NCBI RefSeq assembly: GCF_001945605.1
Contig: NZ_MPKA01000034.1
Coordinates: forward strand, 6,759 to 38,758
DNA length: 32,000 bases
Direction: 5' to 3'
DNA from: Dubosiella newyorkensis
Lineage (GTDB): Bacteria > Bacillota_I > Bacilli_A > Erysipelotrichales > Erysipelotrichaceae
Every line of letters begins with the position of its first letter. The stretch's first letter is position 1. The notes beneath the pieces are model-generated. The model saw nothing but the letters and a program-made list of their open reading frames with translations, was not told the origin of the DNA and did not search any database. Of this stretch, positions 25,399 through 32,000 are shown piece after piece. Position numbers and translations under genes: made by a program.

Positions 25399-25411
25399 AA
25401 AGCTGATTGTT

Positions 25412-25633
25412 TTATCGTTTCGAATTTGCATTCACGGATTTCATGATCTGACGAATCTGCGCCTCGCTTGGTTTACGTCCCATCTGCAGGAACATAGCGC
25501 GAATCATCTTTTCATTGATCGGAGGGTTTTCCTTTAATTCTTTTTCGAATTTTTTACGAGTGAAATAGAATGTAAGGATCCCACCAATAAGTGCTCCCAC
25601 GAGCGTGAATCCTACTGAAGACCAGAAATTCAT
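25412..25633 (-). CDS. yneF: UPF0154 family small membrane protein (YneF-like)
   Basis: One N-terminal TM followed by NPPINEKMIRAMFLQMGRKPSEAQIRQIMKSV, the hallmark of UPF0154. The start is taken at ATG 25633 (MNFWSS...). The track start at 25654 is a GTG. Confidence 0.8.
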   Translation of the reverse strand: MNFWSSVGFTLVGALIGGILTFYFTRKKFEKELKENPPINEKMIRAMFLQMGRKPSEAQIRQIMKSVNANSKR

Positions 25634-25637
25634 ATAG

Positions 25638-26543
25638 TTACCCCATTTCTTCACTCGATATTTTACTCTTTTTTAAAGGGTTTGACAACCGCAAACCTTT
25701 CGCTTCCACAAGAAGAATCGATACGAAAATCAAGCCTCCGCCAAGATACATCGTCCACGTTTTAACCTCATGGAAGACTAAGATCGCAAAAAAATTCGCG
25801 AAAAGACATTCTGTCGACAACAATAAGCTCGCACTCGAGGCGTCCGTATACTTTTGCGCCCACGTCTGCAAGAAATAAGCCACACCCGTCGCAAAAAGAA
25901 TGCTGTAGGCCATGCTTAAAACCGCCTTGATCGAAACGATTTCCGGCCATGAATCCACCATCAAAGCGCATGGGATCGAAAGAAGCGCGGCTACACTCAT
26001 TTGACAAGCATTCACAGCGATCGGATCCGCCTCTTTGGAAGCTTTATCGTTCGCGATGATTTGAAACGCGAAGAAAAAAGCACATCCTAACGAAAACCAA
26101 TCGCCATTTCGAAAACGAAGGCCTTGTTCGGAACAAGACATCAATAAAATCCCAGCTAGACAAAGGAAGCTGGCAAGACATTGAATCCCTCTTGGCTTTT
26201 TATGAAAGAGCATCCACATTAAATACGGAACCAATACGACATTGACAGACGTTAGAAACGCATTGGTTCCTGCATCAGAATTTTTAAGTCCGATCGTCTG
26301 CAATGTGAATGCCATAAAAAGAAAGAAGCCAGAAATCACGCTATAACACAATCCCTTTTTAGAGATCGATGGCTTAAAGAACCAAAAGATCATCCAATAC
26401 AAAAGAGAAGCTCCCGAAAAGCGGAGCGCTAAAGTCGTGAAAAAAGGAAAGGTTTCTAAGGCGCTTGCCGTTGCGATAAAACCAAATCCCCAAATCATCG
26501 CTGTCAACAAACAGGCAATATTTGCCCACTCTTTCTTATTCAT
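25638..26543 (-). CDS. DMT-superfamily transporter (EamA domain pair)
   Basis: 10-TM protein. The start is chosen at [26 protein letters not shown] (ATG 26543), which overlaps the parC stop (ATGAATAA). The track ORF extends upstream into parC. Confidence 0.8.
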   Translation of the reverse strand: MNKKEWANIACLLTAMIWGFGFIATASALETFPFFTTLALRFSGASLLYWMIFWFFKPSISKKGLCYSVISGFFLFMAFTLQTIGLKNSDAGTNAFLTSVNVVLVPYLMWMLFHKKPRGIQCLASFLCLAGILLMSCSEQGLRFRNGDWFSLGCAFFFAFQIIANDKASKEADPIAVNACQMSVAALLSIPCALMVDSWPEIVSIKAVLSMAYSILFATGVAYFLQTWAQKYTDASSASLLLSTECLFANFFAILVFHEVKTWTMYLGGGLIFVSILLVEAKGLRLSNPLKKSKISSEEMG

Positions 26544-29025
26544 CTTTAAAAAGTAACTCCTGAATATATGGATCTTTCTTTTCCCATAACCCTTCTTTGA
26601 TTTTCGGCATTTCCTTGATCCATTGTTCTCCTTGAAGAGGACCATATGGCAAAGAATACGTTTGACTCGCGTTCATGATCGGAACTTCGTGACTTTTGAT
26701 CACTTTCTTCTCATCTTCTTCATAAAGAATATGGTCCTTTTCGCAGTCAAGAAGCGTCAAAATATGGCCAGGATTGGATTTGATCGCTTTATAAAGTCGA
26801 TTCCCTTTTGCTGGTCTTGAAGCTTTCGCAAATTCATCCACATGCATTCGCTTCATTTTTCCCTCTTTCAAAAAGACGATCCATTGCTGGGCAATAGGAG
26901 AAAGCGCAAAAGCGGCTAATTGATCTTGGCTTGCAAAATTTATTCCCTTGACCCCTTTTGTCTTCAATCCTGTTTCTGGAATATCTAAGATCGAATACTG
27001 CAAGCCAAAGCCTTGAAGACTAGCAAGATACACTTGATCGACATCCGAATACGAGATCTCAGCTTGGATGAGAGCATCTTCGCTTCCTACTTTCATGCAT
27101 ACCATTTCCTTATTCATCCGATTGACTTCGAAAGAAGATAAGCAAGAGCGCTTGATAAATCCAGAACGAGTCGCCATCACGATCTGTACATCCTCTCTAA
27201 AGACATCCACAATATAGGCGGATATGATCTTTTCATTGGCTTCTATACGAAGATAGTTCGAAAGATGGGTTCCGATATCTTTCCATTTTTTCTCCTCGAT
27301 TTGATGGATCGGAATATATCCATAGGTCCCTCGGTCGGTGAAAAACAACAACGTTTCCCGTGTATTCGCTTCCCCCTGGCTGACGATGATATCTTCTTCT
27401 TTATGTCCAGAAAGCGGTTCTGTGCTTGCGTTGTAGGAACGCATCGAACTTCGCTTCACATACCCATCTTGGCTGATCGAGACCATCACTTGTTCGCTTG
27501 GAATCATCGCAAGCGGATCGATCACGATCTCTTCCACTTCTTTTTCAATGATCGAACGGCGCTTCGTTGGAAAAAGAGTGTTGATCTCTTTAAATTCTGC
27601 GATCAAAACTTGATCTCTGACCTTTTTATCGGTAATGATCATATGGAGCCGATCCACTTCTTTTTTTAGCTCTTTGAGTTCATTTTTTAATTCCAGGACA
27701 TCTGTGTTCGTTAAACGATACAAACGCATCGATACGATGGCTTCTGCTTGCGCCTCGCTAAACGCAAAACGATCGATCAAATTTTGTTTCGCGTCTTTTT
27801 TATCTTTACTCTTTCGAATGATGTGGATCACTTCATCAAGCACAGATAAAGCTTTGATCAAACCCTCTAAAATATGTTGCCGGTCGCTTTTCTTTTTCCA
27901 GTCATATTTACTTCTTCGAAGAACGACTTCTTCGCGATGATCTAAGAAGGCATCCAACGCTTGGATCAATGACAATTGAACAGGTGATTTATGAACGATC
28001 GCGATCATATTGTAGTTGAAGGAAATCTGCAGATCCGTATTTTTCAATAAATAATTCAAGACGAGTTGTTCATTTTGATCATTTTTGAGATCGATCACGA
28101 TTTTAAGACCATTTCGATCGCTTTCATCCCGAACATCTAAGATCCCATCGATGCTTTTGTTGATCCGGATCTCGTCGATTTTTTTTACAAGCGACGATTT
28201 AATCACATCATATGGGATCTCGGTGACAACGATTTGCTTGATCGTTTTCGTCTTCGCAAAATGCGTCTTAGAACGAATGATCACCTTTCCTTTCCCACTT
28301 GAAAAAGCTTGATGGATCCCATCGATCCCCATCACGATCCCGCCTGTAGGAAAATCCGGACCTTTAACGATTTTCATCAAAGAATCCAGATCGCAATCTG
28401 GATGCTGTAAACGATAGATACAGGCTTCAACGATTTCATTGAGGTTATGTGGTGGGATATTCGTCGCATATCCTGCCGCAATTCCTGCGATCCCATTGAT
28501 CAAAAGATTAGGAAAGCGGGCTGGCAAGACGGTCGGTTCCATTTTCTCATCCGAAAAATTGGGCGTCCATTCTACCGTGTCCTTATCGATATCTTCCAAT
28601 AAAAAATTGGCTAGATGCGACAAACGAGCTTCTGTATATCGCATAGCCGCTGCTGGATCATCGTCGATCGAACCATTGTTTCCTTGCATATCGACAAGAG
28701 GGATCGTCGTCTTCCAATTTTGCGAAAGCCTCACCATCGCATCGTATACCGAACCATCCCCATGCGGATGATAGTTACCAATAACGTTTCCGACCGTCTT
28801 AGCAGACTTATGATACGAACGATCGTACGTATTTTTGCTTTCGTTCATGGCGAATAAAATACGCCGTTGAACCGGTTTTAGACCATCTCGAGCATCCGGA
28901 AGCGCCCGCTCTTGAATGATATATTTAGAATATCGCGCGAATCGCTCCGCCATGATGTCTTCTAGCGTATTTTGACGGATTCCTTTGATTTCTTGAGAAA
29001 ATGCTTCATCTTTCGTTTTGCTCAC
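26536..29025 (-). CDS. parC: DNA topoisomerase IV subunit A
   Basis: ParC-type N-terminus [32 protein letters not shown] (PVQRR rather than the GyrA PVHRR). [34 protein letters not shown]. It sits downstream of parE and near plsY and yneF, as in Bacillus/Streptococcus. Confidence 0.9.
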   Translation of the reverse strand: MSKTKDEAFSQEIKGIRQNTLEDIMAERFARYSKYIIQERALPDARDGLKPVQRRILFAMNESKNTYDRSYHKSAKTVGNVIGNYHPHGDGSVYDAMVRLSQNWKTTIPLVDMQGNNGSIDDDPAAAMRYTEARLSHLANFLLEDIDKDTVEWTPNFSDEKMEPTVLPARFPNLLINGIAGIAAGYATNIPPHNLNEIVEACIYRLQHPDCDLDSLMKIVKGPDFPTGGIVMGIDGIHQAFSSGKGKVIIRSKTHFAKTKTIKQIVVTEIPYDVIKSSLVKKIDEIRINKSIDGILDVRDESDRNGLKIVIDLKNDQNEQLVLNYLLKNTDLQISFNYNMIAIVHKSPVQLSLIQALDAFLDHREEVVLRRSKYDWKKKSDRQHILEGLIKALSVLDEVIHIIRKSKDKKDAKQNLIDRFAFSEAQAEAIVSMRLYRLTNTDVLELKNELKELKKEVDRLHMIITDKKVRDQVLIAEFKEINTLFPTKRRSIIEKEVEEIVIDPLAMIPSEQVMVSISQDGYVKRSSMRSYNASTEPLSGHKEEDIIVSQGEANTRETLLFFTDRGTYGYIPIHQIEEKKWKDIGTHLSNYLRIEANEKIISAYIVDVFREDVQIVMATRSGFIKRSCLSSFEVNRMNKEMVCMKVGSEDALIQAEISYSDVDQVYLASLQGFGLQYSILDIPETGLKTKGVKGINFASQDQLAAFALSPIAQQWIVFLKEGKMKRMHVDEFAKASRPAKGNRLYKAIKSNPGHILTLLDCEKDHILYEEDEKKVIKSHEVPIMNASQTYSLPYGPLQGEQWIKEMPKIKEGLWEKKDPYIQELLFKDE

Positions 29026-30956
29026 GCTTGACTGACCTCCTTGCTGTAGTCATCTTCAAGAGTAAAAGTGACGTTTTCTTCGATCCAAGTCCTTCTTAGA
29101 TCCGCTCGATCCCCCATGAGCTCGCTTACTCGTTTTTCGGCGGTTCGCGCGTTATCGATCGTCACTTGGATCAATGTTCTTGTTTGTGGATTCATCGTCG
29201 TCTCCCACAATTGATTGGCATTCATTTCGCCAAGTCCCTTGTATCGAGTCAGAGTATATCCATTTTCATATTCTTTCTTTTTCTCTTCCAATTCTTCGTT
29301 GGTATACAAATATTCTTCCTGTTTACCTTTTGCGATCCGATAAAGAGGAGGAAGCGCAATATACAGCATTCCTTCTTCGATCAAAGGACGCATATAGCGA
29401 TAAAAGAATGTCAGCAGCAAGTTCTGGATATGAGCGCCATCGTCATCGGCATCCGTCATGATGATTACTTTATAATAGCTTGAATCTTGTGGCGAGAAAG
29501 CAGAGCCGACTCCCGCCCCTAAAGCGTGGATGATCGTATTGAGCTCTTCATTTTTCTCGACCGCATCCAATTTCGCTTTTTCCGTGTTAAGAACTTTCCC
29601 ACGAAGAGGAAGGATCGCCTGGTATTTTGAATCCCGTCCTTGCTTGGCGCTTCCTCCCGCCGAGTCCCCTTCCACTAAATACAATTCTTTTTTTCGTGCG
29701 TCTTTTGATTGAGCACTCGCGAGCTTGCCGCTCAATATTTTCTCGCTTCTTCCTTTCCCTTTCCCTTTTCGCGCTTCATCGCGCGCTTTCCTTGCCGCTA
29801 ATCTTGCTTGAGAAGCGCGTTGGATTTTTGCGCAAAGCACATTGGCTAATTCACGATTTTCTTCAAGAAAGTAGCGAAGATATTCAGTCACGACCGCTTC
29901 GGTGGCGTTTTTCGCTTCAGGACTTCCTAATTTTTCTTTTGTCTGCCCCTCAAATTGGAGCAGTTCTTCTGGTATGGTCAAATTCAATACTAGAGTGAGC
30001 CCCTCTCGAACATCGCTGCCATCAAAACCTTTTTCTTTCTCTTTCAAAAAACCATTTTTACGGGCATATTCGTTAAAGGCTTTTGTAAAGGCAAGCTTAG
30101 CTCCCGTTTCATGAGAACCCCCATCTTTGGTCCGAACCATATTCGCAAACGAAAAAATGTTTTCTTGATAATGGTCTGTATATTGAAAGGCGCCCTCGAC
30201 TTTGATCTTGTTGTAGATCTTGCTGAAGGATACGGTCGGATGCATCCCTTCCATATCTTTATCTACTTCCTCAACAAAAGCTTTCAATCCGTCTTCGTAT
30301 TGGTAAACATGTTCGCGCAGCTCGCTGCCTCGTTCGTCTTTAACGACCATTTTGAGCCCTTTTAATAAAAAAGCATCTTCTTGGGCTCGTTCCGCAATTT
30401 TTGAAAAGGAAAAGTGCGTCTGCTTGAAAATTTTGGGATCGGGTTTGAAACGAACTGTGCTTCCTGTTTTTTTTCTCGTGCCGATTTTTTCTAGAGGACC
30501 GATCACTTTGCCTCCGTCCTCGAATCGCATTTGCCAAATCGAGGATCCATCATGAACAGTCACGATACACCATTCACAAAGCGCGTTGACGACACTGGCG
30601 CCGACCCCATGCAGCCCTCCCGCATTGTGATAGCCACCTTGAGAACTGAATTTTCCACCAGCATGGAGCACCGTAAAAATAACAGCGAGCGTGCTGATCC
30701 CTGTTTTATGCATTCCAACAGGCATTCCACGACCATGATCTTCGACTTCAACGCTCCCGTCGTTTTTTAATGTGATCGAGATTTCATGTCCATACCCATT
30801 GAGCGCTTCATCGATCGCATTATCGACGATTTCCCACACCAAATGATGAAGACCTTTGGAATCCGTAGATCCGATATACATTCCTGGTCTTTTACGGACC
30901 GCATCCAGTCCTTCCAAGACAACGATGCTTTCTTCGTTATATTGATTTTGTGCCAT
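29022..30956 (-). CDS. parE: DNA topoisomerase IV subunit B
   Basis: GHKL ATPase motifs (VLEGLDAVRKRPGMYIGST, LHHLVWEIVDNAIDE) and Toprim (LYLVEGDSAGGSAKQGRD, IMTDADDDGAHI). There is a 4-nt overlap with parC. The gene is divergent from plsY. Confidence 0.9.
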   Translation of the reverse strand: MAQNQYNEESIVVLEGLDAVRKRPGMYIGSTDSKGLHHLVWEIVDNAIDEALNGYGHEISITLKNDGSVEVEDHGRGMPVGMHKTGISTLAVIFTVLHAGGKFSSQGGYHNAGGLHGVGASVVNALCEWCIVTVHDGSSIWQMRFEDGGKVIGPLEKIGTRKKTGSTVRFKPDPKIFKQTHFSFSKIAERAQEDAFLLKGLKMVVKDERGSELREHVYQYEDGLKAFVEEVDKDMEGMHPTVSFSKIYNKIKVEGAFQYTDHYQENIFSFANMVRTKDGGSHETGAKLAFTKAFNEYARKNGFLKEKEKGFDGSDVREGLTLVLNLTIPEELLQFEGQTKEKLGSPEAKNATEAVVTEYLRYFLEENRELANVLCAKIQRASQARLAARKARDEARKGKGKGRSEKILSGKLASAQSKDARKKELYLVEGDSAGGSAKQGRDSKYQAILPLRGKVLNTEKAKLDAVEKNEELNTIIHALGAGVGSAFSPQDSSYYKVIIMTDADDDGAHIQNLLLTFFYRYMRPLIEEGMLYIALPPLYRIAKGKQEEYLYTNEELEEKKKEYENGYTLTRYKGLGEMNANQLWETTMNPQTRTLIQVTIDNARTAEKRVSELMGDRADLRRTWIEENVTFTLEDDYSKEVSQA

Positions 30957-31128
30957 ATCTTTTCCTTCCTAAACTTCGCCCATTATAGAATAGACATTCT
31001 GAAAAATTCAAATATTTCCAGTGAATATTCCAATTATACACTATTTTTTATCTTATAAAGAATAGAATTACAGAATTTTTGGTTTTTTCAATTTATCTAG
31101 CGCTTCTTACTTTTCTCTAAAGCGAATA

Positions 31129-31137
31129 TGCTAAAAT
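31129..31137 (+). promoter_or_regulatory. Extended -10 element (TGCTAAAAT) upstream of plsY
   Basis: Reads GAATATGCTAAAATAAATGCGAGGTGAATTTAATG. No clear -35. Confidence 0.4.
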
Positions 31138-31155
31138 AAATGCGAGGTGAATTTA

Positions 31156-31779
31156 ATGTTGATTTTATATACGATCTTATGTTTATTATTGGGATACCTT
31201 CTAGGATCGATCCCATTTGCCTTGATTATCGGCAAAATTTTCTACCATACAGATATTCGCAATCATGGTTCTGGCAATCTTGGGGGAACCAATGCTGGAC
31301 GGGTTTTAGGAAAAAAAGCGGGGATCGCCGTGATCGTATGCGATGTTTTAAAAGTCGTGCTCGCTGTTGGTATTGCGAGCTTGATTTCGCCAGCTGCCGC
31401 GACATGGACAGGATTCATGTGCTGTATTGGCCATTGTTATCCGATCTTTGCACACTTCCATGGCGGAAAAGCGGTCAGTACCGTTTTTGGTTTCTTGTTG
31501 GGAACAAGTATTTTTGTCTTCAAAGACACATTTTATTTTTTAGTTCCATTTTTGATGTTTTTTATCGTTCTTTATTTATTCAAATTCGTTTCGCTCGCCA
31601 GTATTTGCGGTATAGTCTGTGGTACCCTTTTTATTACCGCCACATTGTGGTCAATGAATGTTCAGAACATTTTAGTCATTATCGCCTGCTGGCTCATGGC
31701 GATCTTAGTGATCTATCGGCATTTAAAAAATATCCGAGCGATCCAAAATGGAGAAGAAAGAAAGATCACCTGGATGTAA
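31156..31779 (+). CDS. plsY: Glycerol-3-phosphate acyltransferase PlsY
   Basis: GSIPFALIIGKIFYHTDIRNHGSGNLGGTNAGRVLGKKAG is the PlsY signature. The track ORF starts at GTG 31147, but ATG 31156 has a GAGGTG SD 6 nt upstream. Confidence 0.9.
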   Translation: MLILYTILCLLLGYLLGSIPFALIIGKIFYHTDIRNHGSGNLGGTNAGRVLGKKAGIAVIVCDVLKVVLAVGIASLISPAAATWTGFMCCIGHCYPIFAHFHGGKAVSTVFGFLLGTSIFVFKDTFYFLVPFLMFFIVLYLFKFVSLASICGIVCGTLFITATLWSMNVQNILVIIACWLMAILVIYRHLKNIRAIQNGEERKITWM

Positions 31780-31819
31780 ACAATGATCAGCACCCTGTCA
31801 AGTAGACACGGGAAATAAT

Positions 31820-32000
31820 TTACTGGAGATCCGCCTCTTTAATAGCACTTGCTATTAAAGAGGCCTTTTTTTTATCTATACCTTCCCAGTATTTTTTGAT
31901 TCGTTTATTCTCTTTGATTGGATACAGTACCGGTTCATCGGTTGCTTTTGCAGCTTCTCTTACTTCAGATGCAGTAAGTCCGTGAAAACGTTCCTGTGGA
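31820..32000 (-). CDS. Possible 3' end of a minus-strand gene entering from the right window edge (product unknown)
   Basis: My translation of the minus strand is open from 32000 to TAA at 31822-31820: ...PQERFHGLTASEVREAAKATDEPVLYPIKENKRIKKYWEGIDKKKASLIASAIKEADLQ*. It is not in the track and runs through the plsY terminator hairpin. Confidence 0.25.
   Translation of the reverse strand, partial: PQERFHGLTASEVREAAKATDEPVLYPIKENKRIKKYWEGIDKKKASLIASAIKEADLQ
31833..31873 (+). terminator. Rho-independent terminator after plsY
   Basis: GCCTCTTTAATAGC-ACTT-GCTATTAAAGAGGC followed by CTTTTTTTT. Confidence 0.7.

Noticed and set aside
29166-30770. Numerous plus-strand ORFs antisense to parE, and similarly 26623-28857 antisense to parC
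   Set aside because: They are antisense to highly conserved topoisomerase IV genes and show no independent signals.
26536-30956. Alternative call as DNA gyrase (gyrB-gyrA)
   Set aside because: The A subunit has the ParC-type [14 protein letters not shown] and PVQRR motifs. The gene order B-then-A next to plsY and yneF matches the parE-parC locus of Bacilli.
31140-31805. 221-aa plus-strand ORF overlapping plsY in another frame
   Set aside because: The +1 frame carries the PlsY signature. This frame gives a Trp/Arg/Cys-rich nonsense-like sequence.
1-32000. CRISPR arrays, rRNA genes, IS elements, integrases or prophage genes
   Set aside because: I scanned for regularly spaced direct repeats, long inverted repeats and recombinase- or transposase-like ORFs. 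None was found in this window.

Overview
This is a chromosomal segment from a low-GC Gram-positive (Bacillota-type) genome. Supporting signs are AGGAGG-type Shine-Dalgarno sites, a lipobox lipoprotein, rho-independent terminators, and yneF / parC / parE / plsY synteny as in Bacillus and Streptococcus. Most of the window is housekeeping: a truncated O-antigen-ligase-like gene, two stand-alone tRNA genes (Thr-CGU, Leu-UAG) each with its own promoter and terminator, and an xpaC-telA/yaaN pair. There is also a three-gene ABC importer of the PF04392 binding-protein family, an NSS transporter, a gamma-carbonic-anhydrase-like protein and a monofunctional peptidoglycan glycosyltransferase. A membrane protein-LOG-response regulator-histidine kinase operon, lgt, a parE-parC-eamA-yneF operon and plsY complete the set. 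No CRISPR array, integrase, rRNA or obvious transposase was seen. The stretch most likely to be accessory is ~21.95-25.4 kb. It looks AT-richer and GATC-poorer and carries an RRNPP/Rgg-like regulator split by a frameshift at an A8 tract, a 60-aa ORF with a strong SD, and a translationally coupled single-gene ABC exporter. Other points worth a second look are a small protein combining an N-terminal RNxxxH (HEPN-like) helical domain with a CBS pair, a DUF4317-like protein co-transcribed with a 3-TM protein, strong GATC over-representation across the window, and Gly at the quinolone-hotspot serine position of ParC. All family assignments come from motif recognition by eye; no searches were run.
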